Positions 53,401 through 64,000 of a stretch of DNA of 64,000 nt are shown here, one piece after another; the first letter of the stretch is position 1, and each line of letters starts with the position of its first letter. The translations under genes were made by a program, and so were the position numbers. Source of the stretch: Callorhinchus milii (lineage: Eukaryota). The DNA lies in the NCBI RefSeq assembly GCF_018977255.1, contig NW_024704742.1:84694001-84758000 (forward strand), in the 5' to 3' direction. A model generated the notes under the pieces. It saw only the letters and a list, made by a program, of their open reading frames with translations, did no database searches and was not told the DNA's origin.

Positions 53401-56400
53401 AACTCAAGAAAGTCTGATTCTTTTACATCAAACATTGTTTAATTAAATAAATGTAAAAAAAACTTACTATACTTCCCCCCCCCCCATCATCTGTCACATG
53501 ATACAAAATAGGTCTTTAGAAGATCCTTATGACAGACAAAAGTATCTTTAGGTGGATTGGAGTGAGTTTTGGGCTATTTTACAATCTTGTGATTCTGATG
53601 ATGACAATAACAGCTCAAGGTTTACTTTTGCGACCTACAATGTTATTAAAACAGTGGATTGTGCATGTACTTCAGCTGCCTTTGACGTCAGTATAGAATT
53701 CAAACCATTCAAATATAAATAAATGTCAGACCTTTAGAACCTTTCCTGGTACCTCTCGAAGGATTTCCTGTAGTTCATTTACAGTTGCTGACAACATCCA
53801 CAACAGTGATGGAGCTTTGTTCAACATCAACTGTGCTACCAAGGAGTTTAAACTAGGGAAAGCAACTAGCTGCTTCTCTTCCTGAAACAAAAAAAATCCA
53901 TTCAATCACATTATCTCTAATATCTTTACAATGGACTTCCTTCCACCTCTTCTCATTTTTAAAAAATTAGCACAATAGCTTTTTTGAGACTTGATAGACA
54001 AACTATAATTAATTGTCTTTTCCAGTCTTGTGCATTCCAATATTTCCTCTCTAAGCATGTAACCTTATCTTGTATCATTTTAGATTTAATGAAAACTAGC
54101 CACTTTAGCTCTCTATTCCTCTCATGTAACATACGTGATAGTGCATGTTGTGTGTGTTGTAGAATGGGTGTACTGTGTTAATATAGGGCCACGAGGCTTG
54201 ACAAATTACTCCACAGGCAAGCTGGCCTGTAACCTAAATCACCTGATTAGCTCAGGCACGCAGCAAACAAAACCCAAAAGCAGAATTCCAAAAAGATAGG
54301 CATCTGCTAGCAGGTAGGAGAATTTTTTAATATGTAAAATAAATTTGGAAATAGTTTCTACAGAAAGCACTTCTGCCCTGTTTTGACAAAATATTTTTTC
54401 TCAAATGCTCTATGAAAACAATAGCAGTAAGTCTGCCTGAACCAGTAAACGATTTCCATTAAAACAATCAGGGATCCACCAATTCAAAAGAGGCAATTTT
54501 TACAATAAGATCAACTAAACATATAATTACATCCTATGAAAGTATCCATCCAGTGTGCAAAAAATGTGATCTGTGTAGGTTACTCACTGCTGCAATTGTA
54601 GTTATGATTACATCTCAGTAAACAGATTATGTAATGGCCACACAGCTTCCTGGAAACCAACTGCACATCATTTCTCAATTAGTGCTCAAAAGCAATGTAA
54701 ACATGGTCAAGGACCAACAATTCAAACAGCTCTGGCTATCAGTTATCATTGAGGCAGGATTCCCAACATTTATGCGCTGTTTATGTGGAGATAGAAATTT
54801 ATTTATTTGAGAAATATTCAACCTCAATTCAACTTTCCACCTTAGCTTCCACTCCCAGTAGGAACCATCATTTCTGGGGTAAAATTTCTACTTCCCACTT
54901 GCTGTAGATTTTAATATTTAAAGAGGTGGGTCAAACTGCCTGACAACCAGGAACCTTGCTGCAAATCCAGGCTTATATTAGCAAGGCAAGGCCTTTTGTT
55001 TGGAATATAGGGTCTTTAGATGGCTACAAAAACACAGGTAATATTCTTAAACTATAACATGGAACAGACCTCTGTTGGAAGAGTGGTAAGCCAAGACCTG
55101 TCAAGCCAGATGAATGGATCCCGATCAGATGAAATCAAAGTTAAGTCTGCTATTTGACGAATCACCTTGGCTGTCTGTGCAATTCCTGGTAAGATTACAA
55201 CCTAAAAGCAAAGCACAAACTAACTGGATTTGCAGTTTAACTCAGTAAATACTACTAAATGCTCTACAGTCCTTTACAGACATTTTTTTATAAAGTAAGA
55301 ACTGAGCTTCACTACTACATTCAGGAACGTTAGGATTGGATATCATTAAAACAGCCTTTTTAAAATGTTAATGTGACATTAACTCCACGTCCTCTGCCCG
55401 GCCCACCCCACCATCGGCGGTCGGGCCTTCAGCCTCTCTGCCCCTACCCTTTGGAACTCTATCCCACATTCCCTTTGTCTCGCTCCCTCCCTTGCCTCCT
55501 TCAAGGCCCGTCTCAAGACCCTCCTCTTTGACCACACCTTTGGTCACCCTCCTACCCTCCCCTCCCTCCTCATCCCAACCCCCAGCTCGGGTCCAAATCC
55601 TTGACTGTCCTGCACCTGGGACATCCTCCCAATGTGCAAGGTTCTGCAATAATAATGTAATTTGTTGTTGTTGTTTATGCTCGCTGGCTTGATTTTACAT
55701 GATTTTACAAATGGTACTGATGGGAGCCAGTGTGGATTGAAGTTGGTCCTTGCTAGAGAAAATAAGATGGCGAGATCGCAAAAAGCAACTTTTGGCTAAG
55801 GTCTATGTCACAACGTACAATAGCTTCAGTTGCACTGAATGCTGATGCTGGTCCAATTAATTGTTGACCAGTTTGGTTGTGGTTCCTGTGCCAGAAAGTT
55901 AAATCAATCCTTTGGTTATTGGTAAAATGTATAATTCCATGACTTTATTAATATTTCTCATCACTACAGTTTTGAGTCTCCATCAAACTGTTTACCTTCA
56001 TTTGGTACGTTTCTTCAATTGTAATTAATGCTTTGTGTGATTCACAAAACTGGACAGAAGTTGATGTCTCAAAAGAAGATTGTGTAGTAGTGCTGATAAG
56101 ATGTGTGCAGCAGAGTCTGTCATTTTCTCCCGACATGAAAGGTGCTTTGCAAATGTAATTTTGTTGTTGTTTTCACCTTTGTGAGAACAAATAACATCAA
56201 CGTGGGAAACGTGAAGACATTTTTATGTGAATGGCATTTCTTGTTTTTCTTCTTTCTTTGAACTCTTTCATACGCCACCTCAGCTAAGTTACTATTATCA
56301 TGTGTGAAAATCCATGTCCTAACATCTTGTTGTGCACTAGGGTTACAATGTCAAGCTGCTTTATCATAACAATAACAAGGATTAAATTGTTTTACAAGTA

Positions 56401-59058
56401 AAATTCTCAGGTTTCTCAGCTTGTGTACATAGGGCCAACAGGAATGCTTTCTCACAGATCCTCCCTCATTTGGGTAAGGTTGTATCATTTCACAATGATA
56501 CGTAGTTCTTAAAATAACTTACCAAAAATCTCGCTTCAAATTTATGAGCGTTATTTAAGAATCCTTCAAATCCAGGTGCTCTAATATGTTAATAATAATA
56601 ATCCTTGTATTTGATATAGTACCTTATCATGTTGAGACGTCTCAAAGAGCTTCACAGAATATACTGTAAAGTGGATTTTGTGGGTGAAGCAGTAGCCAGC
56701 AGGCACACAGCAGTGCCCCACAAACAGTCATGGATTAAGTTAGCATTTTTTTGGGAGGGAGTGATTATTACCAAGGGAAACTTAATTCCTTTAACAGATT
56801 AATCACTTTGTACCTTCACTTCAGTTTCTTCTGATTTCAGCACAAATGGCACCAAGGCTGCATAGATCAGGGCAAGATTGTGAAACACTTTTCCATTAAA
56901 GCAGTACCTGAGAGGTGACGATATCATAAGAAAGATCATTTGAAAAATAATGAAATAACTTAATTTGATAACATTTTATTAAATATATACAAGCGACCTA
57001 TTCCACTGAAATATTAAGTGGAATAAACTTAATTAAGTGGAATAAACTTAATTAAGTGGAATAAACAAGAGTTGAAAGCAAATAACAACAACGTATTTAT
57101 ATGGCGCCCTCCACGCCGGACGGCGTCTCAGAGCGCTTCAGAGCAATGAATCCCGGGGCCGAGCCAGGGGGAGGGGGAGGAAGGTGACCAAAGGCGCGGT
57201 CGAAAAGAAAGGTCTTCAGCAGAGACCTGAAAATAGGAAGAGAGGGGGCGAGGCAAAGGGAGTGAGGAAGGGAATTCCAGAGCCTCAGGGCATAGTGGCT
57301 GAAAGCACGGCCACCGAGGGTGGAGCGGAGGACTCGGGGGACAAGGAGGAGGCCAGACCCAGAGGAACGAAGGCAACGGGCACTATTTTGAGGAAAGAGA
57401 TCAGAGAGATAGAGGGGTGCGGAGGAGTGGAAGGATTTGAATACAAAGGTGAGGATCTTGAAGTCGATCCTCTCTGGGACAGGGAGCCAGGCCAGTCTGG
57501 CAAGGATTGGGGTAATCGGGGAGTGGAGTTTGGTGCGGGTGGGAATGCGGGCGGCAGAGTTTTGAATAATCTGGATTTCATGGATAGTAGTGGAGGGGAG
57601 GCCGGTGAGGAGGGCGTTTGAATAGTCCAGCCAAGAGGTGACAAAGGCATGGACCAGGGTTTCAGTGGCTTTCGGAGAGAAGTATTGGCACAAGGACACT
57701 TAGCCTAAAACCCACTAGTATTTGATAGCAGAACTATAACTGTGATAGTCCACTACAGTGTGACTATTTGATATGTCTATTGTTGTTGTGTACCAGGAAT
57801 CCAGGGCTCACCAGGAGTCAAACCCAGGACATTGTGGTCCTATTTGAAATGCTTAAATGACTGAACCAATCAAGAATTCCATGAATAACTTTGTAGTGTA
57901 CTAATCCCTCACTGCTGAAACTCTTGTACCTCTTCATGGTAATGTCAGACTCTTAATATAGTCAGGAGATGGCACAACCCCAATTCTGATTTAGCTCTTT
58001 TACCATTAGCTACTTTACTAATGTCGTCTCAAGACTATTATGGAACTGTATTTTGGAATATAGCCTATTTTATAAGGACTTAGATGCAAGTGAAACATTT
58101 ATATCTCAGAACTTTCTGGTAAATCCTGGAAACAACGACTATGCAACACTTATCAATCAAGCCTCCCAGACCTTGTAGGATTTTGTTTTGATGGGGTGGG
58201 GAGGGTTCAGTATGAAACTACTTTGGAAGTGGACTTAGTGCGATGAGGATTGGGTTTGCTGAGAGCTTGGACTGTGGAGATGTTAGCTCATTACAGAACA
58301 CACATTCAAAGACTTCAAGGGAGAACAGAATGATTTGGAAATGTGATGGTCCACTTACTGTGAGTTGAGGTCTTGCTTTGGGTAGAAAATGAGCCAGACA
58401 CAGCTATATTGCAATGCTAGAGTTGTTAGTCTCAAGATAATAGCGTCTGAGGCTCTCTCAGTAGTAGCCAGTTCCTCAATATCCTAAAAACAATTGTTAT
58501 AATAATAATAATCCATGCACCATATATGTCGGTGAGACATCTCAAAGCACTTCACAGAATATAGTGTAAAGTGGATTGACTGTATTTGTGGATGAAATGC
58601 AACAGTCAATTATACACAGCAGTGTCCCACAACAATCGTGGATTGAGCGACCACATTTATTTTGAATAGATTATTACCAGTATGAGCAGCATACTGTTTT
58701 TTTGAGTTTTTATATAGGACATAGTGCAAACACTGTATTATTCTTCCGTTAAAGTAAAAATAGTGTTCAGACGTTTCTTCTTTGAAACATAAATAATAAT
58801 TGCGTTGTTGAGACGTCTCAAAGCGCTTCACAGAATATTACTGTAAAGTGAACTGACTGTAAATTTGGTGGGCAAAACAAGGCAGCCAATTGCGCACAGC
58901 AAGCGTACTAATTTAATCACTGATATAATTTCCCCGTCCCCCATACCTGCATGATTATAGCTGTGCATTCATCCACTGTAATAATAGCATAGTGATCTGT
59001 TCCTCCAAACAAGTGTAGTGTCGGATTACTATTTCTCTCCAAAAGGGTAATATTATAT
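47343..59058 (-). CDS. SHOC1: Shortage in chiasmata 1 (meiotic XPF-like ZMM protein, C9orf84), last 7 coding exons; 5' part apparently outside window
   Basis: Spliced peptides [19 protein letters not shown] / [22 protein letters not shown] / [11 protein letters not shown] / [18 protein letters not shown] / [19 protein letters not shown] (HhH-like) / long low-complexity exon / [23 protein letters not shown]. These match the recalled human SHOC1 C-terminal region, phases are consistent, and SHOC1 is convergent with GNG10 in human. Confidence 0.9.
47992..48682 (+). mobile_element. L2 3' fragment (197-aa ORF remnant) in SHOC1 last intron
   Basis: [39 protein letters not shown]. Confidence 0.9.
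48870..49287 (+). mobile_element. Old full-length Deu-domain SINE (SacSINE1/AmnSINE-like)
   Basis: tggctcagttggtaga head, aggctgacac, tcagatgagatgtt, tgttcaggtgga, gatccca, tctcctgatgtcctggc, tgtttgtgggac; related relics at ~3600-3992 (-), ~12085-12320 (+), ~59400-59692 (-). Confidence 0.72.
50875..52054 (-). CDS. SHOC1: SHOC1 large penultimate exon (1180 nt)
   Basis: TTTTAG acceptor then [14 protein letters not shown]..., overlapping the 388-aa ORF 50867-52033; donor G|GTAAAT; phase 1 joins last exon. Confidence 0.85.
52101..52266. mobile_element. Tc1/mariner (pogo/Tigger-like) MITE, 166 bp
   Basis: TIRs CAGTAAACCTCACAAAAGTC / revcomp CAGTAAAACTCGCATAAGTC (17/20), TA on both flanks. Confidence 0.75.
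52302..52561 (+). mobile_element. 5'-truncated young SINE
   Basis: Starts within B-box; rest near-identical to young copies. Confidence 0.88.
53732..53881 (-). CDS. SHOC1: SHOC1 internal exon (150 nt), helix-hairpin-helix-like region
   Basis: [50 protein letters not shown]. Confidence 0.89.
55070..55201 (-). CDS. SHOC1: SHOC1 internal exon (132 nt)
   Basis: [44 protein letters not shown]. Confidence 0.88.
55385..55675 (+). mobile_element. Short L2 3' fragment
   Basis: ggcggtcgggccttcagc...tggaactct...(ttg)n tail. Confidence 0.8.
56814..56907 (-). CDS. SHOC1: SHOC1 internal exon (94 nt)
   Basis: (Q)[31 protein letters not shown]; phase matches both neighbours. Confidence 0.87.
57013..57066. 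repeat. 19-bp tandem repeat x ~3 (ATTAAGTGGAATAAACTTA)
   Basis: Visible, ~100 nt upstream of a SHOC1 acceptor. Confidence 0.85.
57083..57692 (-). mobile_element. L2 3' fragment (200-aa ORF remnant)
   Basis: [48 protein letters not shown]. Confidence 0.9.
58359..58483 (-). CDS. SHOC1: SHOC1 internal exon (125 nt)
   Basis: [41 protein letters not shown](Q); TTTTTAG / GTAAGT. Confidence 0.88.
58947..59058 (-). CDS. SHOC1: SHOC1 internal exon (112 nt)
   Basis: [40 protein letters not shown] acceptor, GTATGG donor. Confidence 0.87.
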
Positions 59059-59964
59059 CTGGAATGTAAACTGATACGCATTAATGGGGAATTTTCAGGA
59101 ACCCAGATGTATTAACAATAGTGGGCATCTGGACTAAACCAAAATGGATTCAAATTCCCACAATGAATCAGTGCACTACACTACTAACTAGTAAAAAAAA
59201 ATTGCTTGTTTCTTAATAAAAGTTTTACTGGACTGTTTATTTGTAAGAGAAGAAACATCTTTCTTGTTCTGGTTGTTCCTCTTATTTAGTACTTGATTCT
59301 GAACCATCAAGTTGTGACTTTCACTTTCTGGACTGCTGGTCAATTAAACAAGCTAGTCTCCGTTGCTTATATGAGCTGCTAGATGCAGTGTTAGGCTAAT
59401 ATTAAGCCTCGCATTTGATATAGTGTCGTATCACTTCATTAAGACATATCAAAGCACTTCACAGAATATACTGTAAAGTGAATTTACTGTGTATTTTGTG
59501 GGCTAAACACGGCAGCCATTTGCGCACAGCAATGTCCCACAAACAGTCATGGAGTAAATGAACAATTTTATTTGGGGGATTGTTGGTCAGGAAACCGGGA
59601 AAGAGAATCTCCCTTCTCTTTTCGAATAGTGTCATGGGATCTTTAACACCCACCTAAACAGGCAAACGGGTCCTCGTTTTAAAGTCTCATCCAGTGCGGG
59701 TTAATTAACTCTCCCAGCAGAAGATAGTCATTGATTGCAGAGCAGAGTGGTACCAACCATGCTTGTGATTGTGGAAAAATCAATGGGACAATATTCTGTG
59801 CTCTAAACATAAAATTCTTGCATATGATATAGTGCCTAATTGTGCGGTCAGAATCCTTGAAAGTTCTTCACGGGATTTAATGTAAAGTGCAGCGATTGTA
59901 TTTCTAGGCAATAAAGATTCTGATTGGCAAGCACGTGCTTTTAAATGGTGCTGTTAAGCTGGGC

Positions 59965-60570
59965 GAATATTGTTGGGAGACAGTGAGGAGTATAGTAGCA
60001 GACTACAAGGGGACAGACATAGACAGACTGGTAAAATGGGCAGACATATGGCAGATGAAGTTTAATGTGGAGAAATGCGAAGTGATGTAATTTGGGAGGA
60101 AGAATGAGCAATATAAGCTGATGGTACAATCTTAAAGGGGGTGAAGGAACAGAGAAACCTGGGGGTTCATATAAGTAAATCTTTGAAGGTGGCAGGACAG
60201 GTAGATAAAACTGTTAAAAAGCATACAGGATACTAAGCTTTATAAATAGGGACTAGAATACAAAAGTCAGGAAGTTATGATGAACTTTTATAAAACACTG
60301 GTTAGGCCTCAGCTAAAGTACGGTGTTCAGTTCTGGGCACCAGAAGGATGTCAAGGCATTGGGGAGGGTGCAAAGGAGATTTACCAGGATGCTATCAGGA
60401 ATGAGGAACTTCAGTTATCTGGAGAGACTAGAGAAGCTAAGATTATTCTCCTTGGAGCAGAGTGATTGAATGAGGGAGTGGGATTTGTTTTGGATAGCTC
60501 TTTTCAAAGAGCCAGCATAAATACAATGGGCCGAATGGCCTCCTCTTCTGTATAATTCTATGATTCCATG
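59965..60570 (+). mobile_element. Decayed CR1 3' fragment
   Basis: WQM-F, YKTLVRPQL-Y-VQFWAP motifs and ggccgaatggcctcct...ttctatgattc tail. Confidence 0.8.
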
Positions 60571-61764
60571 ACAGAAGTAGTTTGATTCCCAGTAATATGA
60601 GATTACTCCATATGAACTACAAATATTGTCTCTACGTACAGGAGCTTCACTGTGTGGTGACGATTTGTGGAATTGGAATAAGTTGACACAGAATCACAAA
60701 ACTTTTGCAATTATGTCAAGATGTCAGTGCATGCATAGAATTCATTAACTATAAAAATGGCCAGAAGTCCAGAATCCATATAAAAGTGAATTCTGGGACT
60801 TCAGAACCACAATATAAAATCAGTATGATAACTTAGGCTTGAAGTTTTCTATTGTAAGGGGGTGGAGAAGAAAGCTAAAATTCAGCCAACAGATGCTCAA
60901 CACTTGAAAACATCTACCTGTTAAAGAATCTTGAAGAAATGTCATCATTCCTTTTTCTTTTTCCTGATAGTCTTAAATGTTTAAGATTCACGAGCAGCTA
61001 CATTACAGCCAAGCAGGAAAGTATGGTTTATACACAACTTGAATTTAGATCCTCTAGCCCCGCTGCCTTGGTATATTATTGCCTCTAACATGATGAATCC
61101 TTGCTAACAGTAAATTAGTATTGGTCAGGATTCTCAATTCAATACTCTCCACAATTTTGTTTACTAGTGACAGACAGACAGACTGACTGACTGATTGACT
61201 GATTTCTTATTGCAAAAGGGATGTGGGGATAAGAGAGGGTTATGTTATTAGCTGGAGTTAGATTAGAAGATCAGCCATGATTGAATGGCAGGGCAGGCTC
61301 GAAGGGCCGAATGGCCTACTCCTGCTCCTACATGTTATGTTATGTCCATTTTATCCAGTTTCCATATGAAAGAGCATCAGAAACCAGAGCATCAGAAGCA
61401 CAAGCAGCCTTATTCGCTATGTTCTGCACAGGCGACTATAATGCCAGTATTGTAGTACACGTAGTCGGAAATTCCAATGCGTCAGATTAGATATCCCTCA
61501 CATTAGTCTGGCTAGCAATACTTTTAATGTGTAACATTTCCAAGCATGTCATCCTGGAGCCAGTCCAGAACCAAGGAGACCCCGGGTCCCTCCCAAGGAA
61601 GACAGTCACTAGTTGGTTACACATTATAGGATGAGGAGTGTAACATCCATTACAACTTCAAATATTTAGATTTCTAAAGAAATTAGGTATAGAAACGGTT
61701 ACCACAGAATATGGAAACCTGTTATGCTACAAATGTAGTCATGCGACAACACCACATCAGTAAA

Positions 61765-64000
61765 AGAACATAAGAACATAAGAATTAGGAGCAGGAGTAG
61801 GCCATTCGGCCCCTCAAGCCTGCCCCGCCATTTGATAAGATCATGGCTGATCTTCAGACCTAACTCTAATTACCTGCCCTATCCCCATATCCCCATATCC
61901 CCTAATCCCTCTATTTTTAAAAAATCTATCAGTTTCAGCCTTGAAGATGTTCAAGGACTGAGCATCTACAGCCTTCCGGGGTAGCGAATTCCATAAATTC
62001 ACTACTCTCTGAGTGTAGAAATGTTTCCTCAACTCTGTTCTAAAAGGCTGACCCTTAATTTTAAGACTGTGACCCCTGGTTATAGATTCTCCTACCAGGG
62101 GAAATAGACCCTCAGTGTCTACTTTATCCAGCCCTTTAAGAATGTTATGTTTCAATAAGATCTCTCCTAATTCTTCTGTACTCTAGAGAATACAGCCCTA
62201 GTTTATTCAGCCTATCCTCATAGATCAGTCCCCTCATCCCAGGAACTAACCAAGTGAATCTACGCTGCACCCCCTCTAGGGCAAGTATGTCCTTTTTTAA
62301 ATAAGGAGACCAATACTCTAGGTGCGGTCTCACCAAGGCCCTATACAGTTGCAGCAAGACTTCCCTACTCTTGTACTCTAAACCTTTTGCAATGAACACT
62401 AACATGCCGTTCGCCTTCTTAGTTGCTTGCTGCACCTGCAAACTAACTTTTTGAGACTGGTGTACAAGGACACCCAAATCCCTCTGAACACTAACACTAT
62501 CTAATCTCTCCCCTCTAGAAAATAATCTGTTTTTCTATTTTTTCTACCGAGGTGAATAACTTCACACTTCCCCACATTAAATTCCATCTGCCACCTACTC
62601 GCCCACTCCCCTAGCCTATCTATATCCCGTTGCAATCTTTTTGCATCATCCTCAGAGCTTACTCTCCCACCTAGTTTAGTGTCATCCGCAAATTTAGATA
62701 CGTTACATTCAATGTCCTCGTCTAGATCATTGATGTAAATTGTAAATAGCTGAGGCCCAAGCACTGATCCTTGTGGCACTCCACTAGTCACATCCTGCCA
62801 ATTCGAGAATGACCCGTTTATCCCTACTCTCTGTTTTCTACCTGTTAGCCACTCTTCAATCCATGCTAATATGTTCCCATTAATCCCGTGGGCCTTAACC
62901 TTGTGCAATAGCCTTTTGTGTGGCACTTTGTCAAATGCCTTTTTAAAATCTAAATATACTACATCTCCAGGTTCCCCCCTATCTAACCTACTAGATACAT
63001 CTTCAAAAAACTCTAAAAGATTAGTTAAGCATGACGTCCCTTTTGTAAAGCCATGTTGACTCTGCCTAATCTTGTTATGGTTTTCCAGGAATTCCATAAC
63101 GACATCTTTAATTAAGGACTCAAGAATTTTCCCTACCACTGATGTCAGACTAACTGGTCTATAGTTCCCCATCTTTTCTCTCCCACCCTTCTTAAATAGT
63201 GGTGTTACGTTTGCAATCTTCCAATCAATGGGAACCATTCCAGAATCCAGAGAATTTTGGAAGATCAAAGACAAGCCATCCACTATCTCAGTAGCCACCT
63301 CCTTTAAAACCCTAGGATGTAGGCCATCAGGTCCAGGAGATTTATCAGTTTTAAGACCTGATAATTTACCTAAAACCATTTCTTTACTAATATTAATTCC
63401 CCCAAGTTGCTCGCTAATATTTTCTTCTTGGTTCCCTTCTATTCTTGGTAAGTTTTCAGTGTCTTCTAAGGTGAAGACAGTAGCAAAGTACTTGTTTAAT
63501 GACTCTGCCATGTCTTTGTCCCCTACTATAATTTCCCCCCGTCTCTGTCTGTAGCGGACCCACATTTACCTTTGACAGCCTCTTCCTCTTTATATATTTA
63601 TAAAAACTCTTGCAGTCTGTCTTTATGTTCCTCGCTAGTTTGCCCTCATATTCCATTTTCTCCCTCTTAATCACTTTTTTGGTTCTCTTTTGTTGATCCC
63701 TAAAGTTCTCCCAATCCTTGGGTTTACTACTCATCTTAGTTGTTTTATAGGCTTCTTCCTTTAACTTTATACTTTCCCTAACTGCTCTAGTTAGCCACGG
63801 TTGGGCCACCTATCCCGTGGCATTCTTATTCCTCAAAGGAATATGTGCTCGCTGGGAATTTTGCACTATAACCTTAAATGTCTGCCATTGCTGGTTTACT
63901 GTCCTTAAATCTAATTTCCCAATTTATTTTGGCTAAATCCTCTCTCATACCAGCAAAATTGGCTCTACTTAAATTTAAAACCTTTGCTTCGGACTTAACT
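61765..64000 (-). mobile_element. CR1-clade LINE, 3' part of ORF2 (reverse transcriptase) plus 3'UTR; frameshifted; runs off right edge
   Basis: ORF pieces with [61 protein letters not shown]; (TTCTTATG)n tail at ~61765-61785; coding sequence broken into 4 ORFs. Confidence 0.95.

Noticed and set aside
60763..60802. Small inverted repeat gaagtccagaat...attctgggacttc (also a weak one at ~52707-52788)
   Set aside because: Short and imperfect; compatible with chance or a decayed MITE.
59060..61760. Further upstream SHOC1 exons
   Set aside because: No segment found with suitable splice sites, phase-2 end and SHOC1-like peptide; a small exon could have been missed.
62501..63565. 354-aa RT ORF as a domesticated or active gene
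   Set aside because: Flanked by frameshifts and small deletions within a standard CR1 ORF2; inactive copy.

Overview
Vertebrate genomic DNA, probably a cartilaginous fish (inferred from CR1/L2 LINEs and tRNA-headed Deu-domain SINEs; a holocephalan is plausible but unproven). Four spliced protein-coding genes can be reconstructed with GT-AG boundaries and consistent reading-frame phases: the 5' part of SMC2 (minus, 9 coding exons, 418 codons, continues past the left edge), complete DNAJC25 (plus, 4 exons, 357 aa, head-to-head with SMC2), complete GNG10 (plus, 2 coding exons, 68 aa, CAAX = CSLF) and the 3' part of SHOC1/C9orf84 (minus, last 7 exons, convergent with GNG10). Introns and intergenic DNA are packed with L2-clade LINE 3' fragments, several generations of a SINE that shares the L2 3' tail, CR1 fragments (one 2.2-kb ORF2 piece) and a few MITEs. 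I found no clearly new gene system. The most unusual unexplained signals are: (i) G-rich minisatellites that start right after the first coding-exon donor of all three genes whose 5' ends are visible, including a 2-kb array of NF-kB-like GGGGATTCCC units in SMC2; (ii) two diverged ~430-bp direct repeats bracketing GNG10 exon 1, one carrying a perfect 15-bp hairpin; (iii) CDE/CHR and palindromic CHR elements at the divergent SMC2/DNAJC25 promoters; (iv) phase compatibility for a DNAJC25-GNG10 read-through protein; (v) nested and inverted retroelement insertions. Orthology calls rest on recalled human protein sequences, not on a database search.
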